A stretch of DNA of 64,000 bases from Paragordius varius (lineage: Eukaryota > Animalia > Nematomorpha). The notes below the pieces were generated by a model that saw only the letters and a program-made list of their open reading frames with translations, searched no databases and had not been told where the DNA came from. The DNA lies in the NCBI GenBank assembly GCA_964247055.1, contig OZ176052.1:12276001-12340000 (forward strand). The letters are read 5' to 3'. The position numbers were made by a program, and so were the translations under genes. Positions 37,075 through 51,236 of the stretch are shown one piece after another (positions within the stretch are counted from its first letter, which is position 1; the number at the start of each line of letters is the position of its first letter).

Positions 37075-38666
37075 CAGGGCTTCTCAAACTTTTTAGTTCC
37101 CCACCCCATTTATATGCATGTTTCTCAACGACCCCAACAAATATAAAAGAAATTTCGGTTTTGAGAGATTGACAAAAATAAATCTACATTTTTCATAAAT
37201 TTCTATAACATTTCTGATTCATAGTAAATTTATACAAGATACTAGCTGGCCCTGTCACGCTTCGTGGCGTAGTCTCACCGATAATTATTATAAATAAATT
37301 GCAATAAATAGAGTTAATGGAGATAAAAAATAATAATAAACATATTTAATAAGAAAAAATGTCTTTAATTATTCTTTTACGGGTTTTGCATAGGCTAAAA
37401 TATTGTGTACTCAATATTGACCATATTTAATCCGTCCATTATTAAAGTTAATATTCAACTATCATTAGATTTATTTTAAGATTTTTGGTTTAAGAAATCA
37501 TGGTTAAAAGTTTTAATTTTGAAATTGTGTTTATACAACTGGGATCAAGGGATATAAAAAGTAAATCATTTGTGGCCCCTTTTTAAAGAAAAGAAGATAT
37601 TATACAAATTCCCTAGAAATGTGTTTAACTGAACTCGTATGGCTTCTGAAGTTTTTCGAAAATTAGCTCCGAAATTACACCTATCTTGTATTGCGTCTCA
37701 GTTTTAAACCGGTAGACCCCTACCCATAGACCTCTATGGAAAAAGCGCTGAAAATTCTTTGCCTTTATAGGAAATTTTGGAATCATCTTTGATACCATCG
37801 TCTCATGGGTTATTCGAAAAAATAGCTCAAAACTAAATAATCGTTAACGGTAATAAAAAAACCCGACCCTAATTTTTACCTAGTTAAGGGTAATATTTCA
37901 AGCTTTTAATGAGCTCATATGGCTTCATGAACGTTCTGTAAATAAGCTCCAAAAAAACTCAATTTTTTATAGTGGCGCAGTTTTAGCGGCTATCCGTTTG
38001 CCCAGCAGACAATATTAAAAAACGCAAGACTATAATTTTTGCTTTTAACAGAGAGTAACTCGAATCCTCAGTGATTTTAACGGTCTCATATCCTGGGCGA
38101 AAAATTTAGTTTTTTTAAAAAAATGGCATTTTACGGGGGGAACGGGTAAAAAGAGAACCTAAATTAAAAAAGTAAGCCGACTAGGTTCGGCGCAATCGAA
38201 AAAAAGTAATAATTATCATATTTGAAATCGAATGGTCCTACACGTTTTCCGTATATATGTCTCAAAGAGACGATTATTCTGTTCTGTTTTTAAAAAAAAC
38301 CGTTTTTCACACGGTGTGGGCCCGAACTCGGAGCCTAAATCAAAAAAGGGGAAAGCTATTGTCTGGGCATTCATTAATGATTATATTTTTTTAACATTTG
38401 GATTTGAATGGGTATACCGGTTTTCCAGAAACAGATCACAAAGCTAACATTTTCCATTTTTATAAATATTTAGATTGTAATGATTGGAATAGAAATGCTG
38501 GTATAAATAGTCCTTCAGAACCAGAAAATTTTATGATATATTTATCTACGATGATTGTTATTTTTCTTTATAAAAATTTTACAAGTTAAAAACATTTTTT
38601 GTTAAACTCTATTCTTGTCACTCGCGACTAAAAATAGGGTCGCGATTCCTAGTTTAAGAAGCCCTG
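37075..38666. mobile_element. Unit-B copy of the hAT MITE with its nested Helitron (37242-38474)
   Basis: Same TIRs and TSD CTCTAGAT (37067-37074 and 38667-38674), and the same Helitron termini. Confidence 0.93.
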
Positions 38667-41324
38667 CTCTAGATTATTTTCCTTAGCACAAGCGTTGATT
38701 ACCAGGTGTAGTCTAAGGTAATTACGGCTTTTTGGTAAAAAACGTAATTGAGGAAATCAATTATTTATTTTATTCGAGATATTCTCCTTATAAAAATTCC
38801 TCCAGCTCTTAAGTTATGAATGCCATGATTGGAAACTAAATGTTTTTTGGTAAACCATCTGTCAAGCCATTTTCAAACGCTTTCCAAATTATTAAGCTGC
38901 TCTCTGCAAGCATATACCATGATGCGAGGAGAGAATAGTGATCGCCAGGTCAGGAGAGTTCAGCGGATGCAAAAGTATTTTCCCGAAGCGATTATAAGGT
39001 GTCTTTTATTGGTTTTGCCGTGTGGGACGCATTGTTATGTGGCAAAATTTATCGTCCTGTCTTGGGGCCCATTTTGGTCGTTTTCCTTAATGCATTAATT
39101 TAATTAATCATTTTCTGCAGATAGAATTTTGTATTAACGTTTCGGGCTTCTTAAGCTTATAATGCACAACAGCGCTTTAATCCACCAGACACATTCATGG
39201 TTTTACCGAAGTGTTTTATTTTGATGTTGATGGACCAGTTGTCAACATAGAAGCCATTTCTCTCTCAATTTACAACCACTGCTCACCATCTTACAATCCA
39301 TGCAGAATGATATGCTTTTGCGGCGTGGAAGCAGGATTTCTCAAGTAGATTGGTGATTTTATAATTGCCATGCGAATTGTCTAATCAAGTATTTACTGAG
39401 TCCTTCTCATTTTCTATACATCGACTGGTTGTGATACACATATGAAATGAGTTGGTAGTTGAGTCATCATCTAATTTGTCTTGCACTTCGTCTTCGCAGC
39501 TGTGTGGTCTGCCATGGTGCCCACTCTTAAAATCATAAAAATATTTAAGTCATGTTACAGAATTGAAATGGAGCATGTACACCATATTTTTTTATGAGCA
39601 AACAATGACTTTTAACTTTTTCTTCGGATGTATAAGAAAAGCAGTGAATCCTAGGTACATGAGAGCTCGCTTTTGACAGGATCATGTCTGTGTCGTCTGA
39701 TGTCTGATGGGTCAAATGGCGTCGTCAAATTAATCGGTTGAGTACTTTTTTGTCTTCTTATATTAGTTAAACTGGTATTATTTACATTTGGTGCATTAGT
39801 TAAAATAATAAAGATATTGCACGAAATGTCTATATTTTTTATAAAAAACTTAATATTTTTTAAGCCTTCATTTTTCACTTTATCGTCTCGTTGGGTTTAA
39901 AATGATACGTTAAAAATATAAGGTATGTATAAATTTTTATTTGCAATTTCGGGAAGAGTAAATTAACACAATTTATTTTTCGATGCTAGGTTTATATGCT
40001 ACAGCGCATTAAGTATATAGAGTTAGTCTTAAGTTTATATATTTTATAGCCTAACTTTATACCACTCTTAATGGCGACAAGTAGTTGTTTATTCTACGAT
40101 TAGTGTATCAATGTATCATTTATCCAATGTTATAGTCAAATCTGATATGACATGCCACTAGTTGTGGTCGTCTGCATTAGATCGATATTCGTGGTATAGG
40201 GGATGTCATTCCTGGCTAGCCCTCCTTCTTCTGGTCTCGCGTCCTTTCGTCTCCTGTCTTTATATATTTTGATCTTTTTTTCAACAAGTACATTCTTGAT
40301 TTTACCGCTCTACCATTTCCAGTATCCACCGACTGAGTTAACTGTCATTGCTTATTCCCATGCGCTACATGAACAATACAATTCTCCCATATCGTAAGCG
40401 TTTTTTCCAGGATGCATTACCCAACTTTCATTTAAGGCCTCTCGCAGTGGGGTCCTAGAATTAGGCCGGAGTTGGTGTGCCATTATCTTCAGGCCAGCTA
40501 GAAGAATGGTTAGTGTTATGCAAAGGATTAAAATTTTTTGGATGTGGGAGGTAAGCAGTTGTGAGCTCTTCAAAGGCGTGTAAGTGATGCGTGCACCCAC
40601 CGACTAATTGGCAGCAAGCTTATTTTTATATTTCATAATGGTAATCACATTGGTATTATAGATGATGATGGACACCCCTTAGTTTGATTACACTGGGGCA
40701 GGTAAGAGAGCCTAGACCATACCGACCTGGTAACACATAGCTCTCTAAGTTGATGTGGAATGTGCGGTATTTTTTTGATCTTATCTAAATATTCTAATTT
40801 AGGCATTCCATGTTATCTTTTATAGAATAATAAACTAATCCATAATAAATCCTACTTATAACCTTAAATAAAATAAAAAACTGTTTTTATGGCATATAAC
40901 TTAGAGAGGAATTATTTTATTTCCCACAACTTTTATATGAATACCGAAATAATATACATTGATTTCCTTGTAATAAATTATATTCACACCCTAAATGTAA
41001 TATATTTATTAATATTTTATATTTCCAGACGAAAAACGCGACAACTATGAATGTTTGGGAAATGGATGGCTGAGCATAGCAAATAGCTATCTCATTAAAC
41101 ATTTGACCAGAATATTATGTACAATAAAAAGCCCCTTAATAGATATTTATCATTAATTCTATTTATCCAAATGACGTTTAATTGATATTCTTATTGCATC
41201 ATGTTTACGTTTGGGATTAACAATCAAAGACATCGTCATATTAGTATAATATTCAGTAATGTATATTTTTGCAATTAATATTTTCAAATTACAATAAATA
41301 GTACAAGGATCTAATTGATCATTA

Positions 41325-44174
41325 ATGAGTTTTAAAATTTGTGAAACTTGCCAAAAACCCTATGATCAATGTAGTACATGCTTAGTACCATTTATGTTGG
41401 ATGAAAAAAATTCAAATTTCCAAACTTTCAATTTATCCCCAGAAAATGTTTCATCCCCCTTTCAACAGAATACAATGAGTACATTTCATCCACCCCTCTC
41501 CACCGCCACCAATTCATCTCCAACTAACAAGTATCAAGATACAAGTAATACAATTAAGAATGGATCACCTAAAACGATTCCAGACACCAAAGCTCACATG
41601 TTGAACTATTTAGATTCTAAAACTGGTCTATTTACAAACGTCACTCCGGTATGTAAATCCTTTTCGTTGCAAAAATAATTGGGGACTTATATTTCAAACG
41701 AGTAATTAAATAATATGTAAATGGGTAACATAGAAAACGATTTTCTCTATCCTAAAAATTATCGTCGGTTTTTGATGGTAAAGTTTTATTAAAAGCAATT
41801 TTGTAGTAGTATTGTTTGTCGATTTAAACAGACCACACTGGCAAATATTGGCTCACTAACTTCAATGATAAATTTTTAATTTATTGATCCATAATTTTAG
41901 ATTGCAAATAAAATATTGGTGCATTTATTTGCATATTTATTGATGAGCTTAATAGTTTCAGTTGACATTTATAATAAAGACACTCTACAAACAGCTGTAA
42001 AAAAATTAACAGATTTTATTTCTTACTTCGAAAAAAAATCCTTTAAAAATTGCAGTAGTTTCTATAAGCATTATAAAATATTAAAACCGCATCCAGGAGT
42101 CGTTGAAACTTACACAGCTAAAATTACAGAACGGAAACCGTCATAAATGTTTTTTATTCAAAAATATTTATATAAAAGTTTTGTAGAAACTTGGGCTATG
42201 TTTACATTAACGTATGATTTATGGGGTTAGAGTTGCAAACCTTTAAAAAAAATTAAAATATCCGTAAAACTACCCTAATACTAACAAGATTAAAAATTGC
42301 TAGAGAGAATCCATATACTTATAATACCGCTTTAATAAAGGAAACAAGAAGCAAAAATGATTTGTTAGCCGGAACGATTTGGTTATCGATTCCGAAACCC
42401 TATAAATCATATAACGTATATGCTAACATAAGCCCAAATTTTTTATTTTAAGACATTACGCTAATACTACTAAAAATATTACTTACCAGATACAATCGCC
42501 AATTACTTCAAATACTGCCTTTAACGAAATAAGAAATGAAAGCAATACAGGGTTATTGTCGAATACTCCAGAAATCAGTAAGTTGCAACAAACATTCCCC
42601 TTTCTTTCTATACAGACATTACTCGATATGTGGCTTGATAATTATGTGCAAGATGGCAGTAATGAATCAACAATTAATTCACCCAATAAATATCCGTACG
42701 AATGCAGAAATGAAGATGAAGAATACATAGAGGGACAAAAGGAGGAGAAACCGCCAATTAAGTATAAACCGAATGACAGTTGGACAATCTCCAGACCTAG
42801 TCCATTTGAGCCTTGGCAACAGACAAAATCTGGCCCATGTATATTACAAGGAACCGCCATATCCACACAAAATAGAAAAAGTAAATTAACGTCGCTTAAT
42901 TTTGAAGAGGTTTTACGCCAAGAAGCCCAAATTTGCCAACAGCTAGCGGAATATTCTCAACAAGTTTCGCAAAACTTGCATTCCATATATGAGACATTTA
43001 ATTATGAACGGTGTAGAGAACGCAATATTGAAAAACAAATCGCCAAGCGGTTACTGGAAAAATATACCGGACTAAATGTGGATTCCCTCTCTGATCTCAC
43101 TTCAAAACCCAAAAATAAAAGTTACATAATATATACAGATATATCATTATTTAGAAATTGTTTTCCCTTAGGAAACAACTAAATGAATAATAGATAATTC
43201 TTAGTGAAACTTAAACTATTTAAGATAGTAGAAATGATAATTTTTAAAACATATCATTGTTGTTTCTTAAAATAGTTAGTTATATGGGTTTAAGGTAAAA
43301 TTTTAATATGCCTCTTATATTTTGAAAATAATGATATGAATGAAAAGTAATAATTATATTCAGGGTATTTGTTGATAATAATCGTTTAAAAATAATTTTT
43401 GTTTCCTTTAAAGAACGAAGGCCATCTAAGACCGCTGATGCCGTTAAACCCAAGAATGGTAGTAAAAAGCAAAGGGAGAAAAACATTTCCTCAAAAGAAG
43501 ATAAACCTAAATTCTTTGCAACTAGTAGTGAATCTTCTTCCACCCCCTATCAAAATTGTAAGAAGGGAATGAACAAGCTTCTAACGGTTGAAAGTGAGAG
43601 TGATTTTACAGATTCATCTACTTTAACACATAACCCACCGCCACCACTTCCCCCTCGTCAAGGTTCAATGATAAGTAAACCGTCTACTTCCACCACACCA
43701 ATTAATACAACACCGCCTTTCCTTCCACCCCGTCAAAGTTTAATGTTTAGACCGCCGTTGTCTCAGCCGAGATTTAGAGCTCCCGCCTTTTCCCCATCTA
43801 CTGGTCTTCAAAATCCGCCACCGCCTCCAAGACCGTTGAAACCACCAATGCCGCTACCACCAAATTTTGCACAAGGGCCGTCCGCATACATTAATAACCA
43901 ATTTGGGGTTCCCGCTTTTTCTCCATCTAGTAATTTTCAAAAACCACCACCGCCCCCAAGACCTTTGAAACCGCCTATGCCGCTACCACGAAACTTTGCT
44001 CCGCCGCCCTCAAACATCAATAACCCAAGATTCGCTCAAGTCTTACCGCGTAACCGTTCACCCACCCCGAATGCAGAAACTCAAATAAATAACGAGACAA
44101 ATTGTTGGAATTGTTGCAGTGCAGAACCAACCTCAGTACCGAAAAATAGTAATAATGGCTTCCCTGCCAAATAA
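41325..44174 (+). CDS. Orphan proline-rich protein, paralogue B, apparently intact (about 571 aa, 3 exons)
   Basis: Exons 41325-41648, 42490-43120 and 43414-44174 give one open frame, with GT-AG junctions in matching phases; the internal junctions are conserved in A and C. Features: N-terminal CxxC-x6-CxxC, a Gln/Glu-rich helical middle, a Lys-rich linker, and PPPLPPR / PPPPRPLKPP motifs. Confidence 0.75.
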
Positions 44175-44350
44175 ATAGGCATGGGCATGGGAAATATTAA
44201 AAAAATAATATGGTATAACCCATTAGCTATTAATTATAAAATTATATATAAAAACTAATATAATGATTATATTGCTATGCACAAATTAATAAATGCAAAA
44301 TAAAAATAACGAAATAAATTATTTATATGAATGAGTTAAATTAATTCTAT

Positions 44351-45618
44351 CACTGTGTGCAAAAATATTTTTAACGAAAATTTTTCTTGAGATAGCTTAT
44401 GACCAGCGTATTCATTTGCCGCAAAAATTTTTATTTGTTGACAACCGAGTTTTTGAAATATTGAGAGAAAATCGAAATCGGGCAAAAAGTGAAAATTAAG
44501 GATAATTAAGGATAATTCAAAAAATAATGATAAAATCTGAAATATTATCGTTTATTATCGTTTTAGGAGACATTTCCAATATATAAATAGCCTAAAATCC
44601 TATAATTATGGTTTCTATAAAATTTCAGGTCAAAAGATGGCGTTTTTCTTTTATCACACCTAAAAGACAAAAAAAATTCAATGAAACCATATTAAAATAA
44701 TTAAGTTAATTATTACTGCCTATGATTTACTATTAAAATCTTAACATTTATATTTTATTCAGTAAAATAAAATTCTAAATTAAACTAAAACCAAAAATAT
44801 TGTTTTTTATTTTTGCATTTTTTTGTCATCTGGTTTATGAGTATATAAAAATTTATACTGTTTTATTTTTTTATATAATTACGAATTTTTATGTATATAA
44901 TTTATGCAAAACAGAAGTTAAAAGTAGTGGAATAACAACCAACAATCCTTACAATTTCCTGTAACAACTCTGTTTTATGACAAATTAATATTTGTATTGG
45001 GATTTGTACGGATTGTTGGTTGTATTCCACTGATTTTCAATCCTATTTAATAAATTATATACATAATAATTCTCACTCATGTAAGAATCCAAAATAAAAC
45101 AGTGTAAATTTTTTATACACTCATAAACCAGATGACAAAAAAATGCAAAAATAAAAAACAATATTTTTGGTTTTATTTTGTTATAGAAATTTATCTTCCT
45201 GAATAAAGTATGAATGTTAAGACTTTAATAGTGAGTTTAGGTCGTAAATAATTAAAAAAAATATTCTAATATAGTTTTATTAATTTTTTTTGTCTTTTAA
45301 GTGTGATAAAAGAAAAACGCCATCTTTTGACCTGAAATTTTATAGAAACCCTAACTATATGATTTTAGGCTATTTATATATTGAAAATATCTCCTAAAAT
45401 TATAATAAACAATAATATTTAAGATTTTATCATTATTTTTTGAATTATCCTTAATTATCCTTTTTTCACTTTTGGCGCGATTTCGATTTCTCAATATTTT
45501 AAATACTAGGTTGTCAACAAATAAAAAATTTTGCGGCAAAATATGCTGGTCATAAGCTAACTCATGAAAAAAATTTTTTTCGTTATATCAAAATGACTCT
45601 CTTTTTTTGGACACAGTG
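44351..45618. mobile_element. Unit-B copy of the CACTG foldback element
   Basis: TAT|CACTGTGTGC ... GGACACAGTG|TAT with the same long internal inverted repeat. Confidence 0.85.
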
Positions 45619-46700
45619 TATTCCAACATTTAACTTTGAAGATGTGTTAAATAGAATTACGCTATATTGCAAATAAATTTGAAACATAATATTATTTCAG
45701 ATTAAATATCAAATTTCACCCAAATAACATTACTTAAGAAGGTATTGTTTTAAACGTGATGGTAATAATTGCCTGAAATAAAAGATGAGATGTATAAATA
45801 TTAAATCCAGAATTTATGTATAAAAAACCTTTACATTATGATAATATTAAATTAATATATTAAAATAATACAAATCAGGAATGTTTTCATACAACACATT
45901 TTATTTTAAAATTTTTTTAAATAAAATGTTCTTTTAAATCGGATAAGTGTGATTTACACTACGGCGCTTTGGGAGATTATAGGTGAACAAAACCCAACTC
46001 ATTTGAGTTTTATTATTGGGAAAATTTTGATTCACACGCATCATACAATCAATAAAAATTTACCATGTAATATTACTTTTCGTATTTATAACACTGTGCG
46101 ACAAAAATGGGGATTAAAAATGCTATATTTATGAATGATGATCATTTAAAAGCCATATGCTTCACAATAATGAATATCAAAAATACACAATCTAGAGAAA
46201 AAGCTACTTATTTTTTTTTGCTATTCAAAATTAAAAAATCGCATTCTACGAATTAAAGACAACCGAGAAAACGCGTCAATTAAATTTTATTTGTGTATAG
46301 GGTTAAAAAATGCATACCTTTATCATCAATTTTTAGCAATGTTGAAGTTCACTTCATACTATTTTGAGTCATGATGGAAACGATATAAAAACGCTTTAAG
46401 ACATTAAAACATTTTCCCTATGTGCTTATCATTTCTAACACCTCAGAATTTTGTTTAACATATTCATTCCTCTTCAAATTTGTGATTAATAAAAATTGTG
46501 TTTTTTTACAAAAATTCACAATAATTTAGAGGCAAACAAACATTTAAATCAAGATTCTGAAGCGATAAAAATGTTCAGAATCATCGATTTATAAAGAAAA
46601 AATCTTTATATAGTGATAACCTGAGACGACAAAGTAAAGGTAATGGTAAATTTATTATATGTTGTATGAATGGTTGTTTATATAATGCTCTATCTATCTA

Positions 46701-46739
<39 letters not shown>

Positions 46740-46987
46740 AAGATAATTAGGTCTAATGTATTCACATATATCAAGGTGAGATGTTTGCTTATATACAATT
46801 ATCTCAAGGTATAATAATAATATTCACAAGTGGTGGTGAGGTTATAATAATATAATAATAGTACACAGATAAGTTAATAGGTTAATGTACTAATATATAA
46901 CGAATGTTGTTTGTTTAATCTAATCGTGCAATAAAAGATCCATTCAAATTATCCTGTCAGTTACCACTCTAACATCACTACCCCCTC

Positions 46988-49930
46988 CTAACGAAAGCGG
47001 GCAGGTTTCTGACGACTTGTCGGGTACCGTCGTTCTTGTGTTTTAGCAGGGGAGTAGATTGTCTCAGATTTCTGGGTATTATCATTATTTGGACTTTCGG
47101 ATGTCGGAGTAATTGGTTCGATTTCGTCCCTTGAATTGATCGTGTTTGGTTGCGTTTCAGCGATTGTTCCATCATCCGTGGCAGTGGTTACCTCCTCCTC
47201 ATTTGTGTTGCTGGCAGTGGTCGGCTGTGGTTGTGGTTGTTGTACTATTTGGTCAGCGTGTTTCTTCACAACTTTGCCTCGGTCCTTGTCCCATACCTTG
47301 TATGAAAATAACACTGTACGGTCCGTAATCTCTCCGGCGCGCCACCCTGGACTTAATTCATTTTTATTCATTACCTGGTCATTAATGGCAAACTGCCGTC
47401 GGGGGGCCGGTGCATTTAACAATCTCGCCCTACTATTTAATTAGGTTAAGGGGGTATGGGGGGTACGCTTGAACATTAACTGGGCCGGGGTTTCTTTCGT
47501 TGTCGAGTGTATAGAATTTCTGTACGACCATAGGCTAGTGTTAAACGCTTCGTGGGTGGGTATCACATTATTTTTTATTCTTTTGTATTTATTTTTTATT
47601 GTACCTACTAACCTTTCTACCATCCCATTACTCTTAGGGTGGTAGGGGGTAACCTTAATGTGTTTCACCCCTAACGTACTTAAGGTTTACGTAAAGTACT
47701 CGTTACTGAAATACGAAGCGTTATCGCTCACGATCTCTCTTGCAAAGCCAAACCTTGCAAACGTTTCTTCTAATTTGTGGATTATTTTCGCTGCGGTTAC
47801 CTTTTTCAACATAAATCCTTCTGCCCATTTCGAGGCACTATCTATTATCAACAACCAATATAAACCGTCTACCCCGGCTATATCAATATGCAAACTCTCC
47901 CACACAGCAACATTATGATCCCACTGATACGTGGAATTCTGAGTAACATTCGGCCCACTACGTTGGCACTATTAGCATTGACTATTGTCTTTTACCAGGT
48001 CATTTTCTAATTCTGGCCAATAACACGTAAATCTGGCCATCGCTTTCATGGCTACGTTGTTGTGCTCGCTGTGTAGGTATCTCACCACATCTTTTTGGAG
48101 GGGCTTCGGAATTGCAATCCGATCATTTAAACTTAATAAGCCATATTGATATGCCAACTCGTCTTTACGGTTTACAAACTTTTCTAATGCTGGAGAAGTC
48201 CAGTCCTGGTTTTTTAACGCTTTAATTACTTTTTGTAATACTGAATCTAATGCGGTTTCTTTTCGAATTTCATCTCTGCTTAACCGCACGTTATGACAAT
48301 TAAAAAATCTCAAATATCTGGTAACCGCATAATTTACATCATAGGCAACGATCTCGTCAATCGGCCATCTTGATAAATAATCAGGTGTATTTTGAGCCCC
48401 TTAGACTTATTTCAAAGTCGTATTCATTTATCATATTAATCCACCTTAGTATTTTAGCATTATGTATCTCTTTTAAATTTCGATCTTTATTTATTAACTT
48501 TACTAAAGGTAAATGGTCAGTTAATATTATAAATTTTCTACCATATATGAAACTATGAAACTTTCGTAACGCAAATAATATTGCTTTTAATTCCTTCTCT
48601 ATAGTGGAATAGGCATACACTATTGGTAACCTTTCACTATTAACTTCATGACTTAAAATACATTCGAATCCTAAATCTGACGCATCATTTGCTATTATCA
48701 ATTTCCTATTCGGATTATATGGTGTTAAAAACACTTTTTCGCTTACAAATTCTTAGCTGCTAACCAGCTTTTCTCATGTTTCTCAGTCCAACACCATCTC
48801 GTATTTTTACTAGTTAATTCATGTAAGGAACCGACTATCATTTGTAATTTTGGTATAAAGCGTTCATGAAATGTCAAAAAACCTACAAAACTACGTAACG
48901 ACTTTTTATCTACCGGCCTTTTTAGTCCCTTAATTGCTTTGATTTTGCTTTCACACGGGCTTATACCCTTTTTTGATATTTCAAACCCTATATAGTTTAC
49001 TGATTCTGCGCCTATCCTTATTTTATCTTGTCTTAATTTAAATCCGGCCTTATCGAGACGACTTAATACGTTATTTAAATTGTTAATGTGCTCATTTTCC
49101 GTACCAGTCACTAGGACGTAATCTAAATATACCCAAGTTCCTGGACTTTCAGCCAGCACTTGTTCCATCACTCTTTGGAAGATGATAGGTGCCGTGGCCA
49201 GTCCAAACGGCATGCGTTTGTATCTAAAAAAACCTTTATGTGTTGAGATAGTTAACAATTCTTGACACTCCTCTGCCACTGGCATCTGGAGGTAAGCATC
49301 TTTTAAATCAATTTTCGTGAATGTGATATTTTCACCTATTTTCGACACCAACTCATCAAACGTGGGGATTAAGTGGGAGTCTTCTTGCAACCACTTATTA
49401 ATCGTTACCCGAAAATCACTACATATTCTTAATTCGCCATTCGGTTTAAGTACATTAACCGTAGGCGTGGCCCATGTCACAGGTGTGGTGTTAGGATCAA
49501 CCGGTTCTAAAATGCCTAACTTTTATAGCCTCGACAGCTCTTTCTACATCTTTTCTCTTAATGGAAAAGGCACCCTGCGACATGGCCATACGTTCGGGAT
49601 CGCATTCGCTGCAATGCGAATTTTTACAGGGTCCTTATAACACCCTAACTTATTTTCGAATAAATTTTTAAAATTTTCACAAATTTCATTCAATTTAAGA
49701 TAATTAACTTTAACCTGTGGCATCTCAATCTGGAATTTCGCCATCCAGTCCAGTCCACAGATTAGCGGGACCATCCCCATCGTTTTGCTTAGGACACATA
49801 TGTCCCCGACCATTTGTTTACCATTTACCTGGACCTTGACTCTTGCTGCCATCATTGGCACTGTGGTATTGTTGTACGATTTTACTGGGGGTGTCGGGCT
49901 TGGGTTTACCGATTTGCTCCGATGTGGCAA
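46988..49930 (-). pseudogene. pol: Gypsy pol (RT, RNase H, integrase), multiple frameshifts
   Basis: RT motifs KIDLKDAYLQ and RMPFGL, with YLDD mutated to YLDY. RNase H motifs NDASD and IEKELKAI. Integrase HIDIAG, SDNA and NGMVERLV. Confidence 0.93.
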
Positions 49931-50840
49931 AGTTTATTACACTGATGTCCGAACCGGTATCATAGATAAAGTCTTTTTTTAACCCGTTTATTACTAGTGT
50001 TATCAGTAAGGGAGTTAGCGCCTTATGACCCACGTTAACATCCTTCAATAATTGCCTATTGAAGTTAGGTCTTTGTCTTTTGGCCACACACATTCTCGCA
50101 AAATGCTTCAGCTTTCCGCATTTGTTGCAGGATCGTCTCCAGGCTGGACACTTGTTGGGTGGGTGTGTGTTGCCGCAATATTTACATGTGGTAGAAGGTT
50201 TTATTATTGTTTGTCGATTGGATTTATTATGTTGCACCCGATTGATATTATTATTGCTGTTACTGTATCGATTGCTATTGTTATTACTATTATTGTTATT
50301 CTGTAATCCAGCCCTAGCAGACTCATGTGCTAGTGCGAGATCTACGATTGTTTCTAGTGGGACAGGAATACCGTTTATCAAAGCATCTGGATACCTGGAA
50401 TGGATATCCATCTCTAGTTGAGGCTGTCGCAGTCCTATTACGAATGCATCACTGAGCTTCTTCAGCTCCCATCTTGACACGCTCAAGGAATTGGGTAAAC
50501 TTTCACCCTCGTTGCGTACCAGCCTATAAAATTCAAAACGACTTTGGAATTTTGATTTTGTCAGATTGAATATTTCTTTGCCTGTTTCCGTAATCTCCGC
50601 CCATGTGGCATCTTTTATTTTCTTGGGGTATAGGTGTTGGTTAATCTTTCTTACTATCATGAATCCGCCATATGGTAGTATCGTTGATTTAAGCGTTCTT
50701 TCGGTTACTGGAATATCCTTTGCCTCGAGTACGTTGCTAATATACTCGAGGTACTCTTCAAATTTATTATTATCGTTATTCTATGGCTAAATTCGCAATA
50801 CTAGTATGAGGAGCTGTGGTGTTCATTGGTTCGTCTGCCA
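49818..50840 (-). pseudogene. gag: Gypsy gag with zinc knuckles, and aspartic protease
   Basis: CKYCGNTHPPNKCPAWRRSCNKCGKLKHFARMC (CCHC) and FIYDTGSDISVI (DTG protease motif); frameshifted. Confidence 0.9.
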
Positions 50841-50944
50841 TACTCGTCTTGGCCACCAATATTAACTGGGAACGACAATGTAAAGGTAACGGTAAATAAA
50901 TTTATTATATATTGTATATCACAAAAACAACGCTTTATATCATG

Positions 50945-50984
<40 letters not shown>

Positions 50985-51236
50985 AAGATAATTAGGTCTA
51001 ATGTATTCACATATATCAAGGTGAGATGTTTGCTTATATACAATTATCTCAAGGTATAATAATAATATTCACAAGTGGTGGGGAGGTTATAATAAGGAGG
51101 TTATAATAATATAATAATAGTACACAGATAAGTTAATAGGTTAATGTACTAATATATAACGAATGTTGTTTGTGTGGTTAATCTAATCGTGTAATAACAG
51201 GTCTATTCAAATTAGCCTGTCAGTTACACTCTAACA

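Larger units (their letters stand above)
33480..46310 (+). repeat. Segmental duplication unit B (direct tandem copy of unit A)
   Basis: Same order of USP, TE spacer, orphan gene and foldback; it lacks the 2.7-kb hAT. Boundaries are approximate. Confidence 0.9.
46614..51236 (-). mobile_element. Ty3/Gypsy LTR retrotransposon, decayed
   Basis: LTRs at 46614-46974 and 50860-51236 (TGTTAG...). PBS-like TGGTGGCC follows the 5' LTR and PPT AGGAGGGGGTAGTGA precedes the 3' LTR. Domain order is gag-PR-RT-RH-IN. No convincing TSD. Confidence 0.95.

Noticed and set aside
16950-46310. The whole USP/orphan unit as a giant cargo-carrying transposon
   Set aside because: I found no unit-bounding TIRs, TSDs, Helitron ends or dedicated transposase, and unit C is in a different register; segmental duplication suffices.
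46320-46600. Possible further hAT transposase scrap (SEV...GK...LKRFY-like on the minus strand)
   Set aside because: Too short and degenerate to call.
50059-50421. Leu-rich plus-strand ORFs with a signal-peptide-like stretch
   Set aside because: They are antisense to the Asn-rich low-complexity part of Gypsy gag.
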